Assembly: GCF_009834535.1 (NCBI RefSeq)
Contig: NC_045697.1
Coordinates: forward strand, 47,246,001 to 47,310,000
Direction of reading: 5' to 3'
DNA length: 64,000 bases
DNA from: Camelus ferus
Lineage: Eukaryota
Made by a program: the position numbers and the translations under genes
Part shown: positions 26,101 through 38,150 of the stretch, one piece after another
Layout of the letters: each line of letters opens with the position of its first letter
Numbering within the stretch: position 1 is the stretch's first letter
Notes under the pieces: generated by a model
The model's input: the letters and a program-made list of their open reading frames with translations, nothing else
Databases searched by the model: none
Told to the model about the DNA's origin: nothing

Positions 26101-26577
26101 GATTCAAAACTGCAGTGTGTGATCCTGAACCAGATCTTGTATTGGAAGTGGAAAAAATGCTGTAAAAGACATTATTGGGACAATTGACAAAAACCAGAAT
26201 GTAGACTATTGGTTGGAAAAACTATTTATTTTAAATACATACACACACACACAAATGGCTGCGTTCCAATGAACTTCATTTAGTAAGCAAGTGGTAGGAT
26301 TTGTCCTCTCCCTGCCCTCCCTGCCCAGATCAGGACTATGTTACTTTCAGAAGAAAGGAAGGATAGATATAGGGAAAATTGCAGTTTTTGCCACAAGTAC
26401 TTAGCATAAGGCCTGGCATATCTGTTCTCCCTAAGGAGTTGATATTCTTTTTACTCCATCTGAATAGACTTTTTAAAACCTTTTACTTTGTAACTGAACA
26501 TACAGAAAAATTGCAGTAACAGTATAGATAATACCAGTATACCCTTTACCCAGATTCTCTACATGTTGCCTCATTTA

Positions 26578-26579
<2 letters not shown>

Positions 26580-26615
<36 letters not shown>

Positions 26616-26621
26616 CTCTCT
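26580..26621. repeat. (CT)n microsatellite
   Basis: About 20 units with one interruption, seen directly. Confidence 0.95.
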
Positions 26622-26984
26622 ACATTTGTAGGCTCTTTTGCAGTTGGATGTGTCTGTATGACCATATGCTAGGCAATTGGAAGTTTGCTACAGTGAAACT
26701 TGCAACTTCAGAGTGATGCTGTTAAAGGGAAGACACATGCCTGCTCGTCCCCTTCACCCCCCTTGCCAAGTGGAAAGTGTATATAGTGATGAATCATCCT
26801 GGACCAGGTGGACGAAGGCAGCTCTGTCGAGATAGAAGAAAGCAAATATAGAAGGAGCCTGGGTCCTTGCCTTGAATGCCGATACACAAGCTGTCTGTCT
26901 TATATAATCCACTGTTACTTTCGTCTCTGTCAGCACATCCAGGCTCTGTGACTGGGATACTCTAACGTCAGAAGCATTATCAGT

Positions 26985-27215
26985 ATACCCTGGTGGTTAC
27001 GAGCGTAAATTCCGGATCTAGCCTGCCTCGGTATAAATCCTGGCTCAGCCACTTGCCAGCTGTGTGGCTGTGGGGAATTATTCAATGTCCCTTAGCTCTC
27101 TCAGATTTGACATGAGCACCTAACTCCTAATGTCATTTTGATAATTAAATGACTTGTTATAGTTAAAGCACTCAGAGCAGGACTTGGTGGATGGACAGCA
27201 AGCATAAGTGTTACT
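26985..27215 (+). mobile_element. MIR SINE
   Basis: gtggttacgagcg...ctgcct...aaatcctggctcagccacttgccagctgtgtg...taaagcactcagagcag. Confidence 0.75.
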
Positions 27216-27234
27216 TCTCACGTCTCAAGTCTTA

Positions 27235-27410
27235 CCTCTCATGGATGCCTGAGAGGTGGGTATCATTTTGAACATTTGAAAGATGAGGAAGTTGAGCGTC
27301 AGAAAAACGAACTGACTTGCCTAAGGTTATTAATTAGTAAATAGTGGAGCTAGGATTCCGTCTCACCTCCTTGAATATGTCTATGCTGTTAACATCTGTA
27401 AAATACTGCT
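27235..27410 (-). mobile_element. MIR SINE
   Basis: gaggtgggtatc...agatgaggaagttgag...tgacttgcctaaggt...agtaaatagtggagctaggattc. Confidence 0.75.
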
Positions 27411-28354
27411 TCGACTGTAATAACATAGAGCAACTCGATTGTTGGATTACCCCGCACACAAACTAAGCACATACTGAAGGCATTCACAAAACGGGGCACT
27501 TCCCTCTGATAATATAGAAAAGAAAATGTTTTGAGACATTTTATATTTTTAACATGGCATTAGAATGGTCATCTTAGGAAAAATAAAAAATTTGCCAGCC
27601 TTTCTGATATTTATTTTCTGTTTTAGTGTTGCTTTTACTTGGATGAATGTAGGGGTTGGGTTGGGTCCTAGGGTCAGGAGTAGCTCCATGCTTAGGGCCT
27701 TCCTTACAGGTGTTAACCAGCCCTGTGTGAATCAAAGATTCCAGTAATGTTACAAAGTGGGAGGTATCTTGTTTTGTAAGATTTTTATGTAACCCCGTGC
27801 AAATACTTTGACCCAAGCACCATGCACTTCCAATGCAGACTGAAAACTTGATAAGCTCCCAAACATCTTAAAATATAGTTTAAGTGTACCTCCAACTGTA
27901 ACTAAAGTGTTTGAGGGCTCTTAAACATCTATATAAATATTACCAGAGGTCCCCTGGAAATGTAGGTCTTTCTTTTGAGATTTAGAACAGGGGAGTAGGG
28001 AAGAAGAATGTCAAGTGTTAGTCTTCTGTTTGCAATTTTTCTTATTTTTCCTCTCAGACACGAATTCTCTCATCCTCTAAACCCGTCATGCTTGCAAATT
28101 AAAGGCTTTATATAATATTGTTATTGCACAGTAGTGACTGTGAACTCAGGGTGCTAGGGGTCATCTGTTTGGAGTACCTGGCCTCTCAGGCTTTTGTCCT
28201 GATGGATTATTCTGGGATATAGAATACATACAAATCTTACACATTCTTAATTTTATAGTTCACACTTTATCTCAATATTCATTCTTTTAACATGTTGTTG
28301 AAGCTGGAACTTAAGAAAAGCCTCATGAACGACATTATACTTAACATTTTTTTC

Positions 28355-28675
28355 AGTTTTTTGAGAAAATGTTTAATTTTTAAAAATCAGTAATACAGTC
28401 ACAAAGTTCAAAAAGCAGAAAGCATACACTGGTATGTAGTCTAAAAATCTCCCTTTCATCCTTGCCTCCCGAATATCCAGTTTTGTTCCCATCTTTTCTT
28501 AGTTTTAAAATGTATCCTTACAAATTCTTTTCTTTGATATACAAGCAAATTCTCATACAGATTCTGGTCTTCCTCCCTATTTTACACACCAGGTAGCATA
28601 TTGTATATCCAGTTCCGCATCTTGCTTTTTCTCAGTCACTCTATCAGAGCTCACGCCATATTAGTACATGGAGGT
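28355..28675 (-). mobile_element. L1ME-type 3' end
   Basis: agtaatacagtcacaaagttcaaaa...ttttacacaccaggtagcata...cttgcttttt. Confidence 0.6.
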
Positions 28676-29046
28676 GCAGCACAGAATAGCAATTAAGCAC
28701 ATAACATGTTAGAACTGCTGTACGTACATCAAAAATGAAATAGGGTTGGTTCTTCTATCATTCTCCAAATCCTCTGGGGATTGAACAGATTATAACTTTA
28801 ATTATTTTGGCTAAAGCAACAGTTCTGATCCAATCTAGATTCTCTTTTGTGGTTGCCTAATGATAAGAAGTCTTGGGAACTAAATGTGATGAGAAAATAA
28901 AAGAAGGCAGACCAGCCACACAGAAATCCAGACCTGGCTCTGAGCTCTTTAAAGGGGATCATCAGTGACTATATCAAGAGAAATAATGTATCTGTTGTAC
29001 CAGTATCAGGGAGGTGGCATAAGGAAAGCCATCAACTTGGTGTCAA

Positions 29047-29599
29047 TGAAAGGGATTAGAAGATGCTACCTCAAAGTATGCTGCTTTAGCATAAGGATTA
29101 TTTTGAGCTGAAGGCAATTAAGAAATAGACACAGGAGGAAATCTCAATCCTCCCTGTTTCTGAGTTAAAGCGAGACGTATAATCCCCTTTGGGAAGGTGT
29201 GCCCTTCCCGTCTCCAGCACCAGGAGGAGAACAATCCTCACCACAGGAAATAGAAAGTCAGAACTGAGATGAGTCTGCATAAACAAAGCTTACTAAAGTA
29301 ACCCTTAACTTCCATTAGATTTCCCCATATATTACCTTTCCACAATTTACCATCCCTGGAAGCCCCAAACCCTCTACTTTGTGTTGACACTGTTCCAAAA
29401 TTTAACACGCTTTGTTAAAATGGTATATAAGCTTTCAGGTCTAACCACCTCTTTTGGTTTTCACTTCTTTTTCCTGCGAAAACCACATGTGCATACAGAA
29501 TAAACGTTTTCTCCTCTTAATCTAGCTTTTGTCAGTTTAATTTGCAAGCCCCAGGCACTTACAATAAGAGAGTACAGGAAAAATTTTTCTTCCCCTACA
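29047..29599 (+). mobile_element. MER34/MER39-family ERV1 solo LTR
   Basis: TG...CA termini; ctttagcataaggattattttgagctgaaggcaatt near the 5' end and ttttcttcccctaca at the 3' end; TATATAA at 29424, AATAAA at 29499; 4-bp flanks tcaa/ccaa. Confidence 0.88.
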
Positions 29600-29834
29600 C
29601 CAATGATATTGCAAAGAATTCCCACTGATAACCACTGAGGAAGAAAAAAAGATGTAAAGATGCCAATTTGTTCTCTGACTTAGAACAATCACACTTGAAC
29701 ATGTATATTTAAAGTTATCAGCTCCAGGGGATAAAGTTTTAATAGTCATTTTGCATACAAAACACTCTCATAATTACAGACTTGCATTTGATCTATTTTT
29801 TCTCCATTGCCATTAAGGCATGAATATCTGATGG

Positions 29835-29995
29835 TAAAGGATAATTTTTTCAAAAAGAAAAATATCATGACTTCCATACAAATATAAAATGGATATGTGT
29901 CATATATTTTCTTTTAAAGGATAATTTTTTCAAAAAGAAACAATTTCATGACTTCCATACAAATATAAAATGGATATGTGTCATATATTTTCTTT
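29835..29995. repeat. Two-copy tandem duplication of an 80/81-bp unit
   Basis: 29835-29914 and 29915-29995 differ by one 1-bp indel and one substitution. Confidence 0.97.
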
Positions 29996-30422
29996 ATCTC
30001 ATTAATTAATGAGGGAACCAGTAAGATGTAAAAGCCAGTTCAAAGGAGACTTCGAAGAACAGATACACATATAGGCAATCAGGAGCACTGAAATAAATTT
30101 GACAATAGAGGCAAAACTGGCCTCTTCCATATGGTGGAACTGATAGTACATTCACCTTGACAAAGTTGCATTTCTGTGAACAGGAATTGTTGGCATCACT
30201 ATCAATTGTCTACAACTTACAGAAGTTGTAAAATAGCTCAGACCCTACAGAATGGGATAAACTCTGAAAGGTGGGCTCACTCGACAACACTTAATATTCC
30301 ATTAAAAAGACACCTGGAAATCTAACTTTTTTTTTTTTAATTTGCCCATTTCAAAATCTTTCACAAATTTTCCTTATACACTGTTGCTGATCACACAGTG
30401 TCACCATAAAAGATAATCAACA

Positions 30423-30625
30423 TATAAAGTAGATAAACAAGAAGTTTATACTGTATAGCACAGGGGACTATATTCAATATCTTGTAATAACTTACGGTGA
30501 AAAAGAATATGAAAACAAATATATGTTGTTCATATATGACTGAAACATTATACTGTACACCAGAAATTGACACATTGTAAACTGACTATACTTCAATAAA
30601 AATACATAGAGAGAACCAAAGGGAA
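30423..30625 (+). mobile_element. Camelid-type L1 3' end
   Basis: agataaacaagaagtttatactgtatagcacagggg...gaaattgacacattgtaaactgactatacttcaataaa; degenerate TSD aaaagataatcaaca / aaaagaccattaaca. Confidence 0.9.
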
Positions 30626-32409
30626 AAAAAGACCATTAACAGGTTTAGAGAGTAGACATTTAATAGTCATTCTATAAAGGCTAATTGAATAGAGCAGTGT
30701 TTAAACTCTGGGCTAGAGTTGTAGAGTCTAACAGTTTTTATTTCCCAGTTTTCCATACCTAGAAGAGCAGTCTGCTGAGTAGAAGATATTATTAAAGTGA
30801 GGGGCAACTGAGCAGGACCTGCAGTCAAGCACCCTCCCACCGGAACTCCCACCAGCCTTTGGCCTCATTCAGCCCCACATTGCTCTGAGGTATAACCAGC
30901 CACTAGGCAGGATGCTGGGTAACTGTATGTTCCAGAAAGGGTCAGTCCTTTGCTGTCATTGCAACTTCTCCACGGTGTCTCCTTTTCTTCCTCCTCCTCC
31001 TCTTGTTTTCTTTAATGAGAAAACTGGCAATAATTGTTTCCAAAGTTCAAGGACTGTTCTCAGGATATCTGCTAACATCTAGGGGGAATATATAGCTACC
31101 AATATACAGTTGGCACCACCCCGCCAAAGCCCATTAAAGGCAGGGCGAGTGGTGATCTGCACTCTGAGGACTAGCTGCTATCAGTCAAGAGGATAGAAAG
31201 CAGTGTACTTACGGGCTGTGTGGGATGTGAGGCTAACAGATGATAATTAGTTCAGAAAAAGGAAAAGAAAAACAGGGGAAAAAATGGGTGTCATTTTCTA
31301 AGAAATTAAGGTCTTGTTCTGCATTCACTGACTCATTCACACTCGGTTCATCGTTCCTGCAGTATCTATGCATTTATGTAACAGGCCATGTGGCGCTCAC
31401 TGGGCAAATACAGGCTATATTTTAATGGACTCTATTATTCCAATCTCTGGTTAATTGTGCCTCCGTACTTGTTTCACTGTTACAGCATTTCTTCATGTCT
31501 TGTGGCTTTTAAAATGTGTTTGTCTATCTCCGTTAGTAATATTAAAACCCCTTAAGGCAGTGGAGTGTCTCATTAAACTTGATTTTCCACAGTGTTTAAC
31601 CTAATTCTTGGCTTTTAATGGACTCTCTGTGAGTGTTTGTTGCTTTGGTTCATTTTTTTTTAAAAAACCTCAAAACTATTTCAGTGATTGTAGAAGAGAA
31701 ATTTAGCCAACTCTTTTCCTTAATAACTCATTGATATTAAACATATGCTAAATTAAGCTGTTTAAAAATTTCCAGGCCCTGTGAGCTACCAGGACTCACA
31801 AAGGGAGATCTTGAATGGGCCAGAACCTGCTGGGCAAGTCCTGGGCCCCCAGCCGCTCCCACAGGACCAGCCTCTGCACACCTGGAGGGAAGGCTGTGCG
31901 TGTACTGACTTGCAGGCTGGAGAGGGAAGTGAAGAAAAAGGCCTAAAAGCCCAGGTTCAGGGATTCATCTCTCTGCAGCCTTGCTTTCCCCTTTTATCAC
32001 TTTAAAAATTGTGAGAGACTGTGGGTCTCATGCCAACCCTGGGGGCCCCAGGGTCAAGGTTGCACACGGGGCACTTGTTTGCCAAACTTCCTCTCTCATT
32101 CCTGACTTTCCACAGCAAAACTGTTCTTTCGGGCTTTGTGGAGAAGCCCATGGTCTTATTTAATTCTTTAGTGAGGTTTCCACTGGCAGCTAACCATGTT
32201 GTTTTAGTCCCTTTTGAAAAGGAGTTTTACTTCATTAAATCATGGTGAAAAGAACATCATGTTTAATGGAAAGAAAACTAAAAATGGATATGTAAAATGA
32301 GTTGCTGCCCCAGAATGAGAATGAGAATGAAGACGGATTAGAAGAAGCCTAGTGGACTCAGGCTGGGAGGTGCCCCATCCTCAGTGCACACCCTGGGGTC
32401 TTCTCCTGG

Positions 32410-32556
32410 ACCTGTGGTTTGTGGCAGCATCACTCCTGGGAGCGTGATGAAAAGTTCAGAACTCCGGCCCTACTCCGGATTTAAGGAATAAAAATCTGCA
32501 CTTTAACGTGAGCCCCAGGTGATTGTCTTCACTTTAAATTTTTGAGAAACGCTTGT
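32410..32556. mobile_element. MER5B-like hAT MITE
   Basis: gcagcatcac...aaatctgcactttaac...ccccaggtgatt...ttgagaaacgct. Confidence 0.7.
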
Positions 32557-32769
32557 ATCAGGATGCATTTGAATCCTAAACACTTCAAAGAAGGGCTTCA
32601 GGCTCTGCCCTGGGGGAACGTATTCCCCTCCCCCCTTTTTCCCAGGCTGGCTGTGTACTTGGTCATGGTGGTGGAATAGAAAGGACCACTGTAGCCCGAA
32701 CCAGCAATTATACTAGATCAGTGTTCAGACATCTAGAAGCTTCTCAGCCAAGAAGAGAGATTATATTGC

Positions 32770-32945
32770 AACATTTTATCCGAACAAAAAGTAGGTGTTA
32801 TTTGTTCCATTTTAGAGATAAAGAAGTTGAGGTTCAGAGAAGTAATTTGTCCAGGATCATCCTGCCAGTCAGCGGCATAGCAGAGATTCAAGCCCAAGTT
32901 CACTGAATGCCAAAGCTCATGCTTTTTCATAGGCATGATGCTTCT
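32770..32945 (-). mobile_element. MIR SINE
   Basis: ccattttagagataaagaagttgaggttcagaga...gagattcaagcccaag...ccaaagctcatgct. Confidence 0.8.
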
Positions 32946-32969
32946 GTGGTTGTCATCGTTAGCTATATC

Positions 32970-33050
32970 CTTTTTAAAAAAATTTTTTTAATGGAAGTAT
33001 AGTCGGTTTATAATGTTGTGTTAGCCTCTCGTGCACAGCATAGTGATTCA
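32970..33050 (-). mobile_element. Very short L1 3' tip
   Basis: T-rich tail then gaagtatagtcggtttataatgttgtgttag...cagcatagtgattcag; agctat on both sides. Confidence 0.8.
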
Positions 33051-33894
33051 GCTATGTTATTTTTAAATAGCTCCCCACTTGTCTTTCCTTTTATGTCTTA
33101 TATAGAGAAATATACATTTTCAGGATAAATTTATACAGCTGCCCAAATTAGTGTTATGTTTCCTAAGGTTTTAATTTAGTTATTTGCCACTGCCAACCAG
33201 CCTGTCCACCACGGAGTAATTCTCAAACGCAAGGCTCTGTAACTGCTGAGGGGAAAGGGAAGGAAACAGAGAGACGCAGGGACAGAGCCCTGGTTCCACT
33301 CCGGAAATGACCCCCAGAGGAGTCAGGGCTGTGCCAGAAAGAACAGGGAGATAAAAGAGCTAGGACTCCAAGCCGGGGACAGAGGGGAACTGTGGAAACA
33401 GATGATCCTGCCGCCTTTGGCCGTTCTGCCTCCCTCCTCTCATCCTGATCAACTTCCCACACTCCACACAGAAGGGACTCAAAGTGTCAACAGCGACAAA
33501 GTCTGTGCCACACGGTGGGACACCCTCACCAGGAAGGATGTGCGGCAGTGCTGTGAACACGACCACAGTCCACAGTTTCACCACATGTCATGTGCTCTGG
33601 TGGAATGTGGATTTTTTCACGCCCCTCCCTCCAGCAACATCAGGGGTGGGGTGGGGGAGAGAAAACAAAAGTGGATGGGGGTTGGAGTGGGAATGTGGTA
33701 AATTAGAGCCAAAAGTTACAAATGCAACTCCAGGCTTAAAAATGATGGTGCCTATGAGGCCTTCCATTACTTGATGGTAGAATTCTAATACCATATTAAC
33801 TTTGTTTTTGATGTAGACCAGTCCTCTTCTGCATTTCCAAAGGAGAAAATAGTGTCCTATATCTTGAACTCTACAATATTTATCTCCCCCAATT

Positions 33895-34500
33895 TTACTT
33901 TTTAAATAAGTCAAGGCCATGTATGACTGAATAATTGTGCTGAACACTGGAATTTGACACAACATTGTAAAATGATTATAAATCAATAAAAAAATGTTAA
34001 AAAAAAAAAAAGTCAGAGCCACAGGAAAGTTGAAAGAGCAGTACTGAAATTTCTATACCTAGATTTCACAGTTGTTAAGATTTTTGCCTTATTCTCTCTG
34101 TTTTTGTTGAACCATTTTCGCAACACTCTAATTCCTAAATCCTTAAATATCTCTAAGAACAAAGACGTTCTCTACATATCTGCAACATCATTGTCACATC
34201 TAAGATGTTTAATAATTATTTAATATCATCTAATATGTAGATCATATTCAAATTTCCCCCAAATGCCCAGTATTCATTATAGCTGTTTTTCCTTTTTTGA
34301 TCCAGAATCCAATCAAGCTTCATGCATTATATTTGGTTGTAAAGTCTCAATTAAAAAAAAAAATCCAGACTAAAACAGTCTCCCCACTTTCCCCCTTATT
34401 TCTCATTACATTTTCAGTATCAAGGGCATTTTCTTGTAAAATGTATCACAATCTAGCTTTTACTATTTTTTTCTTCCTAATTTGTTTCAGATTTATATTT
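33895..34500 (-). mobile_element. L1MC4/5-like 3' region
   Basis: acaggaaagttgaaag...ctaagaacaaagac...tttaatatcatctaat...atattcaaatttcccc. Confidence 0.7.
33920..34009 (+). mobile_element. Youngest-type camelid L1 3' tip
   Basis: acactggaatttgacacaacattgtaaaatgattataaatcaataaa plus poly-A; TSD aagtcaaggcca (33908) / aagtcagagcca (34010). Confidence 0.9.
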
Positions 34501-34621
34501 ATTTAAAACCACAAACATTTAACGTGATTTGGGGGGAGAAGATAGCTACCATGGTTTAAACTTCTTGAAGTTAAACCTTGCATTATACATCTTTAACGAG
34601 ACTGAGTGAGGTTATCTAGAA

Positions 34622-34851
34622 CTAACGAGGGCAGACTACTGCTTCTCACGGGCCAAATCTGGCTTGCCTGATTTTGTAAATAATGTTTCATGGGAACTCA
34701 GTTGCGCCTATTCATTCATGTATTTCCTAATGCTAGCTGGCTGTTTTCCTGCTAAGAGAAGAGTTGAGTAGGTATAACAGAGACTATGTGGCCTGCAAAG
34801 CATAAAATGTTTACTGTCTGGCCCTTTACAGAATAAATTTGCTGATCGCTG
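34622..34851 (+). mobile_element. MER58A (hAT-Charlie MITE)
   Basis: gggccaaatctggc...tttactgtctggccctttacagaa; 8-bp hAT-type TSD atctagaa / gtctagaa. Confidence 0.9.
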
Positions 34852-35284
34852 GTCTAGAACAAGGAATACAAATATTACTTTCTCCTTTGACTTATACTCA
34901 AGGCATGGTTAAAATACTGTCAAACAGATCACACAAATCCCCTTCATGATTTTAACAGTTAGGAAGTGGAAAGGACTAAATTTATCAAGATCATTCATCT
35001 GGATTTAAAAAAAATTTTCCCTTTAAACACTCCTTTAACAACCCTACATTGCCCACTTGGCTTTAATCCAAACTCTTCAGCATGAAATTCAAGGAACAGC
35101 TCTTCATAACCTGGATCTAGGCACGATTACCTGTGTCTTATTGGTTTCCCTGCGTTCTAGTTCAGTTATTCTCAAATGTAAGGGTATAAAAAAGATCACC
35201 ACCACTCTAGGGGCATGTTTAAAGTACAGATTATCAAGTCCTACCTCCAAAGATTTGAATTTGAATTTAAAAGTTCTGGGGTGA

Positions 35285-36123
35285 CTCCTACACTATTGAT
35301 GGGAATATAGTTTGGTCCAGCCATTAAGGAAAACAGTATGAAGAGTCCTTTAAAAACTAAAAATAGACTTACCATGTGATCCAGCAGTCCCACTCCTGGG
35401 TATATATCCAGAGAGAACTTTAATTCAAAAAGATATATGCACTCCAATGTTCATAGCAACACTATTTACAATAGTCAAGACATGGAAACAACCTAAATGT
35501 CCATCAACAGATGACTGGATAAAGAAGTTGTGGTATATTCATACAATGGAAAACTATTTAGTCATAAAAAAGCATATGAAAATGAATATATGTATGATTG
35601 AACTATTATGCTGTACATCAGAAATTGACACAACATTGTAAACTGTAATACAACATTGTAATACTTCAATAAAAAAAATAAAATAATGCCATTTGCAGCA
35701 ACATGGATGGACCTGGAGATTGTCATTCTAAGTGAAGTAAGCCAGAAAGATAAAGAAAAATACCATACAATATCTCTTGTATGTGGAATCTAAAATAAAA
35801 AAAGACACAAATAAATTTATCTACAAAACAAAAATAGACTCACAGACATAGAACACAAACTTATAGTTACCAGGGGGGAAAGGGAGTGGGAAGGGACACA
35901 TTGGGAGTTCAAGATTTGCAATTACTAACTACTATATATAAAATAGATAAACAAGTTTATACTGTATAGCACAGGGAACTATATTCAATATCTTATAGTA
36001 ACCTATAATGAAAAAGAATATAAAAAGGAATATATGTACATATGTGTATGACTAAAACATGCTGTACACCAGAAACTGATGCAACATTATAAACTGACTA
36101 TACTTCAATGGAAAAAGAAAAAG
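35285..36123 (+). mobile_element. 5'-truncated camelid-type L1 (end of ORF2 plus 3'UTR)
   Basis: ORF 35447-35641 begins MFIATLFTIVKTWKQPKCPSTDDWIKKLWYIHTME, the L1 ORF2p C-terminus; perfect 14-bp TSD aagttctggggtga at 35271-35284 and 36124-36137. Confidence 0.95.
35573..35680 (+). mobile_element. Second L1 3' tip nested within the L1 at 35285
   Basis: An extra copy of the terminal motif (tatgctgtacatcagaaattgacacaacattgtaaa...cttcaataaaa) interrupts the cataaaaaag/aataatgccatttgcagc junction. Confidence 0.8.
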
Positions 36124-36724
36124 AAGTTCTGGGGTGAGAGGCAGTAAGTAGCTTGCCATTTTCATAAGCACTCCAGGTCAATCTGGTGCAGGTGGTCTGA
36201 AAACCACATATTGGAAATCAGTGCTTTATCAAGAACAGAGTATTTGCATTTGACCCCTCCATGCCTTCTGTGCTCCTTCCAGAAACTTTGCTTGGTGAAC
36301 GCTTCCTTCCTCTTCATTCAAGGGTCTAGGCAAATGTCCCCTGGTGAAATTGCTTTAATGTTCTTCCTACTGGGCTCCTTCATAGTACATTCACTCTAGC
36401 CTGATCTCATGGAAATGAACACAAATCTACTACTATTTCTCTTATTACATTATTTTGCAACCTCATGGAGTTCCTTGAGGGCAAGAAGAATCTCAGCCAT
36501 GTTTGCACCCAAGGCATAGTGCCTTGCACATAATTAACTTGGGATGAATATTGAAGTGTATGCATGAATGAATAAAATTGTTATTTGAAAAAGGCTTTAT
36601 TTGAAGCTATTGATATAAACTTAATTACATTGTACTTGTTGATAACTTAGTAAGATAGGCTCTCTCCTTTATGTGTCATATAAAATACATCTATTACCTA
36701 ATTCCTGAAAAGGATTGAGTGTTA

Positions 36725-37905
36725 GAAGACACCATTAAGAGAGTGAAAAGAGAAGCCAGACTGTGAGAATTTATTCCCAATTACATGTATTTGACAGAGG
36801 ATTCCTAACAAGAAAGTATTAAGGGCTCCTATAATGTAATGAGAAAAAGGCAATCCACCTAATTAAAAAACATAAGGAAAAGATTTTAAAAGGCACTTCA
36901 CAAAAGTGGATATGCAAATGGCTAACAAGGATATTAAAAGCCACTTGACATTCTTAGTTATCAGGGAAATGCAAATTAAAACCACAATGAGATATCACTA
37001 TACGCCTACTAGAATGACAAAGAGTTGGCAAGGATGTGGAGCAACTGGAACTCCACGCATTGCTAGTGGGAGTATAAACTGGCATAACCATTTTAGAAAA
37101 CAGTTTGGCAATATCTATGAACTCTAAATATACATCTACTCTATGAATTAGCCATCCCACTGTTAGCTATACACCCAAGAGAAGTACAGGAATTTGCTCT
37201 TTAAAAGATACAACAAAGAAAAATAAAGACCTTATTTCCAAATCCCATCACATCTTGAGATACAGGGAGTTAGGACTTCAAGTATGAATTTGGGGAGGGG
37301 GGAGATACAATATAACCTATAATATTAATAGAGTGTAAATACAGAGAAAGAATGACACTATGTAATGGCTTAAATATGTTCAAGTGAATATTAAAAATAG
37401 CATTATAAAAATATATATATAACAAAGAATATTCATAGCAGTTTAATTAATAATAATTAAAACCTGGACACAGCCTAAAAGTCCATCAACAAGACAATAA
37501 ATAAATAATTCTAGAATATTCATGTAATAGAATACTATACAGCAATAAACAAGAATGAATTGCTAATGCATACAACAGCATGGGTGGCTTCCTCAGATAT
37601 AATGTTGAGTAAAAAAAGCCAAAAATGAGTACATACTGTATGATTCTATTTATGTGAAATTCAAGAACAGGTAAAACTGATCTATGATGATACGAGAATA
37701 ATGGTTACCTTTTGGGTAGATATTGACTAGGAAGGGGCTCAAAGGAACCCATTTTGGGGGATGCTGGAAATTTTTTCTATTTAATCAAGTGATGATTTCC
37801 TGGCGGTTACATACATAAAAATTCATCAAGCTATACATTTAAGATTGGTATACTTAATGTACTTTATTATACATGTGTTAAGTTTCAATTAAAAAGTGAA
37901 GAAAA
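36725..37905 (+). mobile_element. Old L1M (L1MD/ME-like) ORF2 end and 3'UTR
   Basis: ORF 36906-37127 contains LVIREMQIKTTMRYHYTPTRM (L1 ORF2p); 3'UTR motifs continue to the A-rich end. Confidence 0.88.
37226..37324 (-). mobile_element. 5'-terminal fragment of an MLT1A/B/C-type LTR
   Basis: aagaccttatttccaaat...tcacatcttgagatacagggagttaggacttcaagtatgaatttgggg...atacaatataacctataa is the reverse complement of the MLT1 5' end. Confidence 0.8.
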
Positions 37906-38009
37906 CGAATCCGAGACAGCGTACATGACATGTCTACATTATGGCTGCAGAGCTATGAGTGACACAACCACAAGCCTTTGATGTTTACTTACATCTACCA
38001 CTCTTCCCC

Positions 38010-38150
38010 AGCCAGTGCCAGTTCCTCAGCTGTAAATAGGGATTAAATAGTACTTTTCCCATCCAGTTGCTGTAAGTATTAAATAAATGAACACACAGCA
38101 AAGAACCCAGAGCAGGACATAGTGATGAGTAAGAATTAGTTATTATTATG
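38010..38150 (+). mobile_element. MIR fragment
   Basis: cagttcctcagctgtaaatagggattaaatagtac core. Confidence 0.65.

Larger units (their letters stand above)
28700..30400 (-). mobile_element. Probable decayed ERV1-class internal sequence interrupted by a solo LTR
   Basis: Minus strand near 28905-28930 reads FLCGWSAF, resembling the env FxCGxxA motif; 30000-30330 resembles MER4-group internal sequence as I recall it; heavily degraded. Confidence 0.35.
35163..36223. mobile_element. MER5A-like MITE split by an L1 insertion
   Basis: Left half cagttattctcaaa...acagatt...aagttctggggtga; right half cataagcactccagg...tgcaggtggtctgaaaaccaca. Confidence 0.7.

Noticed and set aside
26985..27410. Tail-to-tail MIR pair as a hairpin or miRNA precursor
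   Set aside because: The copies are too diverged to give a long stem by eye, and adjacent MIRs are common
33588..34022. Longest ORF in the track (144 aa, minus strand)
   Set aside because: Begins in the antisense of a young L1 poly-A/3' tip; no domain similarity or splice support
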